In this document: piece after piece, positions 1-12,114 of the stretch
Layout of the letters: each line of letters begins with the position of its first letter
Position numbering within the stretch: position 1 is the stretch's first letter
Assembly: GCA_001600695.1 (NCBI GenBank)
Contig: BCKQ01000001.1
Location: forward strand, 183,392 to 247,391
DNA from: Ascoidea asiatica JCM 7603
Taxonomy: Eukaryota > Fungi > Ascomycota
Reading direction: 5' to 3'
Length of the DNA stretch: 64,000 nucleotides
The notes under the pieces: generated by a model
What the model was told of the DNA's origin: nothing
Seen by the model: only the letters and a program-made list of their open reading frames with translations
Database searches by the model: none
Made by a program: the position numbers and the translations under genes

Positions 1-92
1 GGAGGAAAAAAAGTAATTTTGAACAAATCAGAAGACATTCAGCCATTTTTGTTCATTTCTTTTGAATCTTTAGGTTTGTGTGAATTTTAATA

Positions 93-205
93 AGATATTG
101 TAAATGGAATAACATGAAAGTAATTGATCCAAAAGTATAGGACGTTATTAAATCAGATGTTAATTGGAACTGTTTTTGATGGTGAAATAATGATATAAAA
201 GGAAG
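93..205 (+). promoter_or_regulatory. Promoter elements of copy A conserved with copy B: AGATATTGTAAAT (93-105) and a TATA block
   Basis: The same 13-mer lies upstream of copy B (14447-14459, minus strand). The TATA context TTGATGGTGAAATAATGATATAAAAGGAAG resembles TTGATGATGAAATTATGTTATAAAAGGAAG upstream of copy B. Confidence 0.55.
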
Positions 206-291
206 GTGGAATTTCCTTGAAATATGAAATAAGAACTGCTGGTTATTTCTTTCAATAATAGTATAACAATTAAATAGTAAAAACTTTCAAG

Positions 292-858
292 ATGCAATTC
301 AAATTTATTTTCTCTTCATTAGCTTTAGTCTTATCAGTCTCCAAAGGAGCAGTTATTTCAGATCTTCCTCTTGGTAATAATACAGTGGATGTTTCTTATT
401 TCAATGATATTGCTGGTGCTTCGAATAGCAGTAATGCTCTTATTGATACTATTGTCAGTGCAATTTTCGAGGCAGCTGCTAGTCAACAATCATTTATCCA
501 TCAAAATGACATTTCTACAGCCACCACTCCTACAGTTACTGCTGCCACGAAAGTCGCTGCAATAATGCCAACCACTCTCATTACGACCACTACAACAGCA
601 GGGGATGTCTATAAAGCAGCAGGATTTGGAAGTGAGATAGCAGATGGACTCGGAGACATTGCCACAGACTTGAATATCAACTTGGGAAACTTCTCTCTTC
701 CAACAGCAGTGGCAGATGCAGCAGAGGCAGCAGAAGTTGTTTCGACAGTGGCAGCAGCAGTGGCAGGAATCTCAACTCTCGCTGGACAACCTCAGATTGG
801 CCTGGTAGCCACAGCAGTGGCCAGTGTTGCAGGCATTATTGGGACCTTGCTCAGCTGA
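292..858 (+). CDS. Secreted Ser/Thr/Ala/Gly-rich protein of unknown function, copy A (paralog of 13565-14101)
   Basis: 188-aa ORF with a signal-peptide-like N-terminus (MQFKFIFSSLALVLSVSKGA), a Thr-rich linker and a hydrophobic C-terminus. TATAAAA at 194-200. The last 85 aa are 61/85 identical to the paralog with no gaps. Confidence 0.85.
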   Translation: MQFKFIFSSLALVLSVSKGAVISDLPLGNNTVDVSYFNDIAGASNSSNALIDTIVSAIFEAAASQQSFIHQNDISTATTPTVTAATKVAAIMPTTLITTTTTAGDVYKAAGFGSEIADGLGDIATDLNINLGNFSLPTAVADAAEAAEVVSTVAAAVAGISTLAGQPQIGLVATAVASVAGIIGTLLS

Positions 859-2025
859 TAGTGTTTCACGTTCCTTGTCTGGCTTCCATTTTGTGCTTCT
901 CTTCTTTGAAATTTTTTTCTCTTTATTTTTTTATTTCCTTTAATCTTTTCAATAAACAATGTTTTTATTTCTTTTGACAACAAAAACACAAAAACATAAA
1001 AACATTAAAGTTAATATGCCATCCACAAACCTGGTCACAAAAATACTAATATCTGTTCGCCAATTCAACGGTGCTCCTTACATTTTCAGCACTTCTCCTA
1101 AACAAGTAACTTTAACGTTTATATTCATCAAACTAAACTAAAGCAATGTTTGGTGATTTCATTTAATTCAATTCAAGCATGTTTTTGATAAATAACTTAA
1201 TAAATGAATATATTTTGAAGAAAATATTGTTCTTCGATGACTGTAAATTTCAAAAATTAAGGCTACGTTTCTTCTTGGCAAAACAAAAGATAACATTAAA
1301 TAATTATATCCTGGGTTGTTTCATAAGCTAATTCCTTGTTGGATAACTAGTGTCTAAGACAAATAATTGAAACGACTTTGGAATTGAAATTTTTAAATAT
1401 TAATGTGCATTATTGTAAACAAATAAAATTTGTTAAAAAAAAATTATTATGGGTGGTTCGAAATTTCGAAAAATAATAAAAAAAATAATATATAGATATA
1501 AAGACTAATAATATATGAGATTCTAAAAAGCATTGAAAAAAATATAATTGATTTATTGAGTTTTTTTTAATTACTAAAATCTCATAAAAAAACTTTTTAT
1601 CAAAATTAACAAAAAACTATGAATGAAGCAATTTAATATGCAAAATATAAAATAATTAAACTGTAAATCTAAATTAAAAAAATAAAAAGTAGTATTTTTG
1701 AATTAATAGAAGAAAAAAAAGTAAAATTTCTTTCACTTTTAAACCTGGCTAAAATATAAATCATCAACGAAAAATTGAAAGAAGAGAAATTAAAAATCGT
1801 AAATGAATGAAATTTATGGATCTTATTGACAAAAAGAATAAAAATCAATGAACTTTTAAGAGTTATTTTTTAAAACTTTCTGAGATAAAAGAATTAACAT
1901 AATTCCAAATTTAAAATGAAAGGAAGTATTATTGAATAAAAAAAAATTAGTGAAAAAAAGGCAAACTTATCTGTTTAAAGTAATAACATTCTTATTATTG
2001 ACGTATCTTTAAACGAATCATGAAA

Positions 2026-5000
2026 TCAATTATATTGAAAAATATTCTCTATTATCCAAGGATCTGGCCTTAAGACCTCTTGATTCTCTTTATCATACAA
2101 AAATTGATCCATTTCAGTTAAATTGTAATTATGATATAAAGCATCGTAATTTGTATAAATATCATGATGTCCAACAACTGAGAATAATGATTCTAATTGT
2201 TTTTTATGCTTGAGATAATATTTTTTGTAATGATGGAAATCTTCTTGTACATCTTCACTAAAATAATAACAAAGCTTTGCTAATTTTATTTCTAATGGAG
2301 ATGTTCTTATTGAATTGGTTTTTATCTCCTCATCAGTATAAAGATCAATTGAATCTAAATCTTCTGCTTTCAAAGTAGGTTTCTCATCTCCAACTGTTAC
2401 CCCTTTTAATAAATCGCTATATTCTGATAACTTCACTGGACAAACTCCTTTAGAAACCCAATACATTAAGTATTTGAAATATTTATGTTTATGGAAATAT
2501 CTTCGGTAAAATACATTATCGGTATATTCAACAACCATATCTCTTATGAAATTTTTTGGTAAATATACTAATGAATTTTCAAACATTGTTGGAACTAATG
2601 GAAAAATTTCATCTTTATTATAATAATGATTATTTTTACAATGAATTGCTTTTGTTAAAACATTATTAATCTTAGAATTAAATTGTTTCCTAGTAGCAGC
2701 ATCTGTTATTTTATCTGCTTGATAATCATCAATTTGTACTTTTATTGGACTGAATGTTTTTTCAATTATTTTATTCACAATATCTGCTTTTGAAGATTGT
2801 CTTGTATTTTTAATTTCAGAAATATATCTTACTCCATTAAAAAATCTATTATAATGTAAACCTTTAAATAATTTGGCTAAATCACCTTCATCATATGTCG
2901 ATAAAAGTGCAACTTTTATATCCAAATTATCTTGAGTTCCACCTATAAAATCACTCAATGCAGTTATATCAATATAAACACCTGTTTGAATATCAATTAA
3001 TCTGGCATCAATATGATTCAAAAATTTATTTCTAACATTATTTCTATTAATAAAATTATCATTAACTTCAAAATAGTATCCTTTAAGTCCAAGTTCTGCT
3101 TTTGTATCAACAGCAAATTTAGGAAATATTCCATCTTTTAAATCTTGATCCATATCTGAATAATCATAAATTATAGTATCATTTAATGACTTTGCAAGTT
3201 TATAAAGAGATTGAATAGGCATTTGAACATCTGAATCAGAATCCCAAGGTAACGAAAATCCATTAAAATACCATCCAATATTTGCACCATGATTAACCCA
3301 TGTTGGAACATCAAATTGTGTACATAAATTAAACCATACTCTGATTAATCTATGAATTATAGGCATATGAATTTTTGGATTATTTTTTGTTATTGTTTGA
3401 AAAAATCTCCAATCATAGTGATCCAAAGAATATCCACGAACACTTTGTAAACCGAAATATCTCTTCTCAAGAAAAGGAAATGAGTGTGCTCTTTGATAAA
3501 GCAATTCTTGAATATGGTTAATTTGATCAACATCATAAGTTTGGAAAACTTTGGAATTCGCTTCATCTTCATTGACATCTATAGTGATATCAATTTCAGA
3601 AGAAATTTGATCCAATATGATATCATTAGTTTCTTCATTTTTTTGTGAATTTTCACTTTCTTCCTTTATTGAATCTTCTGTATTTCCAGTACCAGTCTCT
3701 TGAGAAGAATCTTGGTCTATCAAAATTTCAGCATCGAAGGATTCCTCTGAAGATTCTTGAAGCATTTCTTTATTGGAATCTTCAGTCAGTTCTTGAACCA
3801 AATTTTCATTTTCGTCATTCAGAGCTTCTTTTTCATTCATATCATTCTCACCATTAAATTCCCGTTTCAAAATCAGTTCGAGATCAAGATCATTATCAAC
3901 ATTTCTTTTAGATTTAGAAGTTTTCTTTGTTGAATCAGAATTCTCTGTAATTTCGAACTCTGAATCAGATTCTTTTTCAGCTTGCGATTCGATCTGAGCA
4001 GCTTCATCTAAAGAGTTATGATGTCCGTCTAAAGAAAGTTTATCAATTTCTAAATTTTCAAAATTGGTATTTGTAAAATTTTCATTATTTAATCCTAAAT
4101 CTTTTGTAAAAATACTCAAATTTTCTAACTCATTTTTGATATTCCAATTGAATTGATCAATATTATAATCTAAAGGTTCAATTTTCTTAATAATATTATT
4201 TTTACTATTTTTCAAAATTAAAGGCTTTATTAATTTGAAATCATAATCTTCATTCAAAATATTTAATTCAATATCCAAATCATCTATTTCATCCAGATTG
4301 TTTTCATTGTTTAAGTCTTCATTATTTTCCTTGTTTTCATTATTATCATTATCTTGATTTGAAGTAGGGGAATCAGTTATGTAATCTGAAATTGAATAAT
4401 AATAATTTAACCTTTGAACTTCTTGAAAAGAGGAAACACCATTAATTAATAACTTATTAACTTCCTTATTAATTTTATTTTTTAAATCATTTTCATTTAA
4501 ATTCTGGGTTTTAATTTGTTCTCTTTTAATTAAAATGTTTAAATTTTCGTTTATGTAAATTTTTGATAACTGATCTAAATATGATTTATAGATTATACTT
4601 ATATTATCTTGATCTTGATTATCATCAGATGATAAATTAATTTTATTATCATCAACTTTATAAGTAGGTATTAAAATTGAACTTTTCATATTTGAGTTAT
4701 CATTTTTTAAAATATTTAAAAACAAAATTTTTTTTGGAGTTGGAAAAGAAGTTAAACCATAAATAATACTATATAAAGTCCTATAATTCAAACCATCAAT
4801 ACCATTAGTATATTGATCAAATTTACCTGATATTTTGAAAGGTAAGTTATAAATATTTTCATCATTATCACTATCCAGATTTGTGAAATCTTGGCAATTT
4901 TCTTTCAAAATATCAAAAATATCTTGCTTTCTTAAATTTTGATCAAGATTCAAAAAATCTTGACAATTCAAAATTTTATCTTTGATGACATCATTATATA

Positions 5001-6021
5001 AAGGATGAGATTTTAATCTATTTGAATAATTTAATAATAAATTCCAATTAAAGGGTAATTTAAATTCTTTTGAAATATATAAAATTTTATTATCTAATTG
5101 ACTAAAATCTGATTCATTTTCTTGTTGAATATTATTATTTAAGTAATTATTTAGGATATTTTGATTTAATAAATATAACCAAAAAGAAGGTAATAATCTT
5201 TGATCGAATTTATTAAAAGTTTTATCAAAATCAGACAAATAATTATTAAATTGATCAAATGGATAAATATTTGAAGATAAAAAAGATCTAATTCTTTGAT
5301 TTTTTTTGAATATTATGTTAAAATAACTTTGTTTTTTAGTTTCAATTAGATATTTTTTGAAATCTTGAGATATTTTATCAAATAAATTTAAATTATCTAA
5401 ACTATTTAAATTTGATAAAACTGGCAAATAATTTGAATAATTTAAAATTTCTTTATAATCGAATGAATTTTGATTTATCAAAGAACTGATTGTATCATTT
5501 AATTCATTAGTTACTGTTGGATCAGAATCTTCATTAGCAAAATCAGTAAGATCTATATGTTTGAAATTAAAATCTAAATCAAATTCAAATTTAGGTTTAG
5601 CTTCCTTTTCTGGTTTTTTTTCTTTTTCTGAATCTTCTTTGTCTTGATCAAGTTGTTTTTCTTGTTTATTATCATTTGAAGTTGAGATTGTGTTATCTTT
5701 GCTTGCTTCATTTGACTTATCATTAGTTGAGTCTTGATTCACCTGAGTATTATCTATTTTATTATTATTTGATTTGAAAGTATTTAACATTAAATCATAC
5801 GAAGATATATCATTTTTAATGAAAATATAATTTATAAAGACACTAAAAAAACATATAAATATTAAAAGAATAAATACTTTAACTCTTTTTTTATTCAAAT
5901 TATAAACACCAAGCCTTTGAAAACTAAACTTTGAGAAAATATTGGCTAAATTACAATTTAAATTAAAACTACTTTTTTTAAATTTTCTTAATTTAGAATC
6001 AATCAGAACTCTGAGATTCAT
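2026..6021 (-). CDS. Mnn4/LicD-family type II membrane protein (mannosylphosphorylation), paralog A
   Basis: 1331 aa with an N-terminal TM segment (VFILLIFICFFSVFINYIFI). LicD motifs HYDWRFF, WVNHGANIGWYFNGFSLPWDSDSDVQMP, IDARLIDIQTGVYIDITAL and HCKNNHYY. Confidence 0.85.
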   Translation of the reverse strand: MNLRVLIDSKLRKFKKSSFNLNCNLANIFSKFSFQRLGVYNLNKKRVKVFILLIFICFFSVFINYIFIKNDISSYDLMLNTFKSNNNKIDNTQVNQDSTNDKSNEASKDNTISTSNDNKQEKQLDQDKEDSEKEKKPEKEAKPKFEFDLDFNFKHIDLTDFANEDSDPTVTNELNDTISSLINQNSFDYKEILNYSNYLPVLSNLNSLDNLNLFDKISQDFKKYLIETKKQSYFNIIFKKNQRIRSFLSSNIYPFDQFNNYLSDFDKTFNKFDQRLLPSFWLYLLNQNILNNYLNNNIQQENESDFSQLDNKILYISKEFKLPFNWNLLLNYSNRLKSHPLYNDVIKDKILNCQDFLNLDQNLRKQDIFDILKENCQDFTNLDSDNDENIYNLPFKISGKFDQYTNGIDGLNYRTLYSIIYGLTSFPTPKKILFLNILKNDNSNMKSSILIPTYKVDDNKINLSSDDNQDQDNISIIYKSYLDQLSKIYINENLNILIKREQIKTQNLNENDLKNKINKEVNKLLINGVSSFQEVQRLNYYYSISDYITDSPTSNQDNDNNENKENNEDLNNENNLDEIDDLDIELNILNEDYDFKLIKPLILKNSKNNIIKKIEPLDYNIDQFNWNIKNELENLSIFTKDLGLNNENFTNTNFENLEIDKLSLDGHHNSLDEAAQIESQAEKESDSEFEITENSDSTKKTSKSKRNVDNDLDLELILKREFNGENDMNEKEALNDENENLVQELTEDSNKEMLQESSEESFDAEILIDQDSSQETGTGNTEDSIKEESENSQKNEETNDIILDQISSEIDITIDVNEDEANSKVFQTYDVDQINHIQELLYQRAHSFPFLEKRYFGLQSVRGYSLDHYDWRFFQTITKNNPKIHMPIIHRLIRVWFNLCTQFDVPTWVNHGANIGWYFNGFSLPWDSDSDVQMPIQSLYKLAKSLNDTIIYDYSDMDQDLKDGIFPKFAVDTKAELGLKGYYFEVNDNFINRNNVRNKFLNHIDARLIDIQTGVYIDITALSDFIGGTQDNLDIKVALLSTYDEGDLAKLFKGLHYNRFFNGVRYISEIKNTRQSSKADIVNKIIEKTFSPIKVQIDDYQADKITDAATRKQFNSKINNVLTKAIHCKNNHYYNKDEIFPLVPTMFENSLVYLPKNFIRDMVVEYTDNVFYRRYFHKHKYFKYLMYWVSKGVCPVKLSEYSDLLKGVTVGDEKPTLKAEDLDSIDLYTDEEIKTNSIRTSPLEIKLAKLCYYFSEDVQEDFHHYKKYYLKHKKQLESLFSVVGHHDIYTNYDALYHNYNLTEMDQFLYDKENQEVLRPDPWIIENIFQYN

Positions 6022-7596
6022 GATGAGTAGTCTTACTTTTCGTTTGAGTATTTTGAATGATGATTGAAATTATGAATGATGTGTAACAAATGAATGGAAA
6101 TTAAATATAAAATTAATATATTTTTGTAATTAATAACAATAAGATATTTATGAGGAGTAGGATAAATTTAGCGATAGTTGATTGTTCCCCTATATTATTA
6201 ACCGAGAAAAGTGCATTTAGAGTTGATCTGTAAAACTTGAAGAGCAGTATTAATATAAAAAAAAGAAAAACAGATGTAGAAAAGAAAAGAAAAGAATATA
6301 AACAAGAAGCTAGATAGATATTAAAAGTGTTTTGGATTTAAAACTTCTAATAAATGTACTTCCTTTTATTAATCATTCGTCTATCATTTATTGTTTATAC
6401 TAGTTTTCCACCTACTTTTTCAATACTATTTTTACCACTCGTAGTTTTAGAAACAACCTTTATTTTGATTTTCCTTTTTTTCTTCTGTTTTCACTGAAAT
6501 AGCTTCAAATGCTGACGAATACAGCACATTGCCTGCGTTTTTACCCATTTCCGATACTTTTTTGCGCGGTTTAGATTTTTGGATCAGTTTCCGCTGTTCC
6601 TGCGCTGTGCTTGGCCCTAGCCCTGGCTTTTAGTAGTGCTTCCGTTGTCCGGATTTTTGTAAAGTGTTTCATTGATAATCCTTGAATTGGAGACTGCTTT
6701 TGCCGGGGCTTAATCTGCACGCAATACCTCCAATGCTCTCCCCACACCTCCGTCTCCTTTGAGGCTCCATTGAAAAGCTAAGCGCAAAACCAGCTTCAGC
6801 GCTGAGTCAGCTGAGCCGGCGTTAAAGCCTGGATTGACCGGAATTAACCAAATTCAACGTCATGATTGCAGAAGTAAGCAGAATGCCAAGACTTCTGACC
6901 GGTTAAATGAAACCCTTTTAATAACCATTATTGAAAAGCCCAAAGTGGAAATATGTCTTCTTCCAATACTGGATCTAAAGTTTGAATACAACTTGATATT
7001 TTCAGTACTTCTTTAAGTTGGTGAAATAATGTAAGCGAAAAAAGTTTTTATTAAATGTATATAATGAATGTTACTTTAAAGTGAAATATTAATCTAACTT
7101 TTTTCTCTATATCTTTTCTCAGAATAAAGTGATAAAAAAACAAATCGAATTAAATATGTAACTTAAAATTTATATAATTATGTAAGTCAATTTTGTAATG
7201 TAGAGTGAATGAAATTAAATAATAAATACTTTTGAAAGTGTCAAAAAAATAGAGAAGAAAATCGAAAACAACAAAAAAATGTATAACAAAAAAAAACTTT
7301 GAAAAAAATAAACAGAAGCTAAACAATCAGAACAAATGTAAAATTCAAAAGCTAAAAGTTTGAAAAACTAAACCAAAAAATAAATTGTCAATAAATAAAA
7401 GAAAATCAGAATACTAAATTATGAATAAAATAAAGGATAGATTATAGAAAAGTTTAAATAAAAATATGAAGATTGAAAATTTCAAATAAAAACAAAAAAA
7501 TAATGAAATTTTATAAATGATACAAATCTAATTCAATTCATTAAAATATGATTATGCAATTAATAAATAAATAAATAACACTATTGATTAGTAGTA

Positions 7597-10443
7597 TTAA
7601 TTATTACGTTGATTATTATTTTGATTATTATAGTTTTCAAGCTGTTGCTGTCTTGCTCTTTCCCTTTCTCTTTCTCTATCTTCTTCTGCTTCATCAGGAT
7701 TAGCTATAGTTAAATTAAAATTTTGATCTAAAACTGACTTAAAATCTCCCAAAGTTCCTCTTCTTGGATTTTCATCTTTATCAACAACGTAATTATTTAC
7801 TTTGATATCCTCTGATTTCTGACTTATAAATGAATATCTATTCACATCACTGCCAGCACCATTATGATGATGATTTTGATTTTGATTTTGATTATTATTA
7901 TCAACAGTTTGATCATCAGGAGCGTATGGATTTGGAACTGAGTAATTTGGATACTCTTGAACCTGAGTCATACTTGGAGTTGCTGAAAAAACTGGAGATG
8001 TAGGAGACATTGAGCTTTTTGGATATTTTTTATCTCTTAATTGTTGCTGTTGTTGCTGTTGTTGAGAATTAACATATGTAAGAGAAGATAAATCATCACT
8101 ACCTGTTGAGCCTATTAAACTATTATAATTTTTATTTTTATCTTTTAAGTCTGGATTAAATAAAATATTTTTATCCATTTCACTGATTTCATCAAGTTTT
8201 GGAATTTTTTTACCATTATTTAATGAGGAATTATGACTAATATAACCTGCATTTCCATTACCAACACCAGAATTAGTGTTTTCAAAAGAGAATTCTGCAC
8301 CATTTCCATTATTATTACCATTAAAACTACCATGAGTACTATTTAATTGAGGAGTTTGTCCGCCATAACCATGATAATTACTTCCACTACCACCACCTGG
8401 AGATAATGGATTTACAGGATTATAACCGGTTCCACTTCTTCCTAAAACCCCAAATTCTTCATTACTATGACTACGTTCATCTCTATTCATAGTAGCTGCA
8501 ATTGTAGCTAAGTTAATTTCTTTTTCCTTTTCATCTTTATTTTTAATTTTCTTAACATAGAAGAACATTAAACCTGCAATAATTGAAACACCTGCAATTG
8601 AACCAACGATAATTCCTGCAATTCCTCCACCACTTAATTTTTTAACATGACTTGAACCACTTTGAACTAATAATAAAGTTGAAGATAATACTACATCTTG
8701 AGTCATTGTTAATAAAACATTTGAATATTCACCAGTTTCAATAACACTAACTTGAGTTACTATAGAACCATCTTGATTTGTTGAAACTGAGGTAGAAGTA
8801 GAAGTAATTGTTATAAATGTTGAAGAAGATGTTTCAAATGTACTTGATGTAGTTAATTTTGAAACAGAGTAACTTGAAGATGCAGATGATGAGGAAGATG
8901 ATGAAGAGGATGATGATGATGATAATGATGAACTTGAAGTTGAAGTTGCGGATAATGAAATTGTTGAAGAAGGAGAAGCAATAAATGAAGAGGATTGACC
9001 AAAAGAGAAAGAACTGGTAATAGAACCACTACTGGAATCAGTTTCACTTTCTGATGAAAAACTAGCAGAATCAGAAGATTCATCACTCGAAGAACTATCT
9101 TCAGATGAAATAGTTGAAGATTCAGAATCAATAAAAGAAGATGAATCACTAAATGATTGTTGATTAGATGACTTTGAATCAGAGACTTCTTCAGAAACAG
9201 CAGAGGAAATAGTTGAAGAAGATGAAGTTGATAAAGACGATGATGATGACGATGTTGAGATTGATGAAGAAAAAGATTGAGAATTTGAAATAATTTCAGA
9301 AGATGGTGAATCTGTACTTGAAAAACTTTCTTCAATTGAGGAAGAAAAAGTAGAAGATGATGATGATGATGAAAAAGAACTTGTTGTAGTTATTGGAGCA
9401 ACAGTAGAAGTTGATTTTGAATCAGTTGATGAGGATGTAATTGGAGCAGAAGAAATATCTTGAACTTCAGAAGATGAAGAAACAGTTGAATTTGAAACAT
9501 CTTTTCTAACATCATATTTAACTAATTTGAATTTTTTAATATGATTAATAATTTCATTTTCATAAATTTCTTCTAAAGAAGTTTCATCATCTTCATCAAT
9601 ATCTTCATTTTTTTCATTATCTTTTTGATTATTATTAAGAATTGAATCTTTTTTCATTAAATTGGTTTTTGAACTATCATTATCATTATTATTATCAATA
9701 TTTTCACTATTATCATTATTATCATTATTATCAATGTTATAAATTGAATAATATAAATTTTTATCAATTGAAACATTTGAGATATTATTAATATTTAAAT
9801 CAAAAATATAACAATAAGAATTTTGAAAAACTTGATTTAAATTTATATCAGAATCAGTTAAATTACAATAACATTGAATATTAAAATTATTAAAGGCAAT
9901 ATAATTATTATAGTTATTATCTAAAGAACATGAATATATGCAAGATATTAAATAATCATTTGAATTTTTAATTTTTTTTTCATTATTATTTTCAATTTCT
10001 TCAACATTTTCTTGATTATCTTCTTGAATATCTTCTTGAATATCTTCTTGAGTGTCTTCTTGAATAATGTCTTCATCTTGATTTAATTGATAGATATGAT
10101 CATTCCTTATTAAATTTTCAATTGAAATTAAAGAATAACAACCGAAATAAGTATAAATTTCAGTTTCTGGATCGGTAACTCTATTGATAGATGATATCTG
10201 TTGTTCATTATCATTTTTGTTATCATTATTATCATTATTATTATCATTATCTAGTTTATTATCTATTTGATTATCTACTATAGTTCCAATCAGTTGATCA
10301 TTGGTTTGATCATGCTGTTGATTATCAGATTGATCATTCTGAAGTATTATTTGATTATTATTATTTATTTTATCAGCATTTGATATATGAGATAAGTTTA
10401 TTAGTATTGGAAATAAGATAATTGATAAATTTTTTAAATTCAT
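7597..10443 (-). CDS. WSC/Mid2-type cell wall integrity sensor with a degenerate WSC domain
   Basis: Signal peptide, Cys motifs YFGCYS / CIYSC / QCYC, a long Ser/Thr-rich stalk, a single TM beginning LSGGGIAGIIVGSIAGV, and a cytoplasmic tail ending in LTIANPD. Confidence 0.8.
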   Translation of the reverse strand: MNLKNLSIILFPILINLSHISNADKINNNNQIILQNDQSDNQQHDQTNDQLIGTIVDNQIDNKLDNDNNNDNNDNKNDNEQQISSINRVTDPETEIYTYFGCYSLISIENLIRNDHIYQLNQDEDIIQEDTQEDIQEDIQEDNQENVEEIENNNEKKIKNSNDYLISCIYSCSLDNNYNNYIAFNNFNIQCYCNLTDSDINLNQVFQNSYCYIFDLNINNISNVSIDKNLYYSIYNIDNNDNNDNSENIDNNNDNDSSKTNLMKKDSILNNNQKDNEKNEDIDEDDETSLEEIYENEIINHIKKFKLVKYDVRKDVSNSTVSSSSEVQDISSAPITSSSTDSKSTSTVAPITTTSSFSSSSSSSTFSSSIEESFSSTDSPSSEIISNSQSFSSSISTSSSSSSLSTSSSSTISSAVSEEVSDSKSSNQQSFSDSSSFIDSESSTISSEDSSSSDESSDSASFSSESETDSSSGSITSSFSFGQSSSFIASPSSTISLSATSTSSSSLSSSSSSSSSSSSSASSSYSVSKLTTSSTFETSSSTFITITSTSTSVSTNQDGSIVTQVSVIETGEYSNVLLTMTQDVVLSSTLLLVQSGSSHVKKLSGGGIAGIIVGSIAGVSIIAGLMFFYVKKIKNKDEKEKEINLATIAATMNRDERSHSNEEFGVLGRSGTGYNPVNPLSPGGGSGSNYHGYGGQTPQLNSTHGSFNGNNNGNGAEFSFENTNSGVGNGNAGYISHNSSLNNGKKIPKLDEISEMDKNILFNPDLKDKNKNYNSLIGSTGSDDLSSLTYVNSQQQQQQQQLRDKKYPKSSMSPTSPVFSATPSMTQVQEYPNYSVPNPYAPDDQTVDNNNQNQNQNHHHNGAGSDVNRYSFISQKSEDIKVNNYVVDKDENPRRGTLGDFKSVLDQNFNLTIANPDEAEEDRERERERARQQQLENYNNQNNNQRNN

Positions 10444-12114
10444 TATTATAATTACTATTCTAATTATTTATTATGTTATTATGTTTGTATTTAAATATGA
10501 ATATAAATAAATATATATATATATTATTGTATTAATATAATATAAGATCTTAAAAAAACGAGTGATAATAAGAAAATATAAAAGGAATTTAAATTTTTAA
10601 TTAAAGTAAAACATAAATTGGTTATATATATTTAGATATTTATAATTATAATTGAAATAATTATAATATTTTTAAAATTTTCTAGAATTAGATGAAGTTG
10701 AACAATATTAATAAAAATTAAGAATATTAATAGTTATTTTAAAGGATAAAAAAGGTAATAAAGAAGTGAATGAATTTTTTTTTACGATATAAATTTAATT
10801 GAATTGAACTTGAACTTGATTGAATTGGATTTAAAGAATGATGATTATACGTAATTCAACAATAAGGATAATATGAATGAATATTAGTAAGATATTAATG
10901 AAAAGTTGAACAGTTTATTATTCTTGAATAAATGAATGAATAATAACAAAGAAGTTATGAAATAAAGAATGAAATAATAAATGAATGAAGGAATAAAAAA
11001 AGAGGAAATAAACCAAAAATCTCATAAATTATTAACTCTCAGCCTTGAGACCAAGTTAAAATTTAATAAATTCAATTCAAACTAAATCAGTCTGAAATGA
11101 AATAAATAAAGATATTTTGAACTCTCATTGTAAAAATTAAAATTTATTAATAATAATCTGTTCATTAAGAGCTTTGAATAAAGCGTGCATTTAAACATGC
11201 ATTGTTGATATTTTTCAGGGGTTTTTGCGTCAGTGGTCAAATTTATTTGAGAAATATTTCTAAATTGGTTGAGATTTGTGTGGATTTGGAGGATTCGGAC
11301 AAGATCAGGACAGAATTGGGCAGAATTGGACAAGATTTGGATTAGAGTAGCGCATTTTGTGTGAGATTGTGTGAGATTGTCAGATATTATGAGCGGTAGA
11401 AAACATTCACTCAATTTTAGCCCGGTTGGCTGTTTTCTTTTCTTTTCTCTTTTGTTTTGTTTTGTTTTGTTTTGTTTGTTCTGTTCTCTGTTTGCTGCTG
11501 AAACATCTTCCGTCACACTTCTCAGACCGCTGGGAAATCCATGGAAAAGGCCGCCAGAAAGACAGTGCTGCTTCTCTTGTCCGCAGAGCAGGTCCATTCC
11601 CCGGTGTTTTCAGGATAAAGACTCTGCAAGGATGGTGGTTCATGGTTGCCTGTGAGCTGGAGAGTATCTGTGAAGGTCTGCTACGTAAAAAGAACTTAGC
11701 CCACTTCTATTATTAGCATTTTACATGGTAATACACATTTACACAGCGCTAAAGCTTATTTAGTCAAGCTCTGCCCCATCAACGGCACGCTTTCACCTGT
11801 CTTTTGGCCACGTTTGGGAGACTGAGCCAGTTTCGTTTTTCTCATGTTGCATTTGTGGCGTTGCATTTTTTTTCGTGGTTTTTAATATTTTTTTTGGCGT
11901 AATGACCACGTGATAATGAATTTAATATTTACTCATCTCATCAGGGCTCTAAAATACTTTTTTAGTTGATAAAATAGGGCTTTTCATTTAGAAAGTGTAT
12001 TTATCATATTCATTAATATATCAATTTCAAATCAATTTCAAATCAATTTTATTTCAAGTTTATCTATTAATTCTTATATCTATTTAATATTATCTATTTA
12101 AATATCAATAATCA

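Noticed and set aside
8853-9335. Alternative-frame and antisense ORFs within large genes (also 28269, 31890, 40646, 47751, 58213, 62867)
   Set aside because: They are shadows of low-complexity or biased-codon coding sequence.
11082-11716. Four overlapping ORFs of 78-171 aa
   Set aside because: They arise from a GC island with (TTTTG)n repeats that lack stop codons. No protein-like features.
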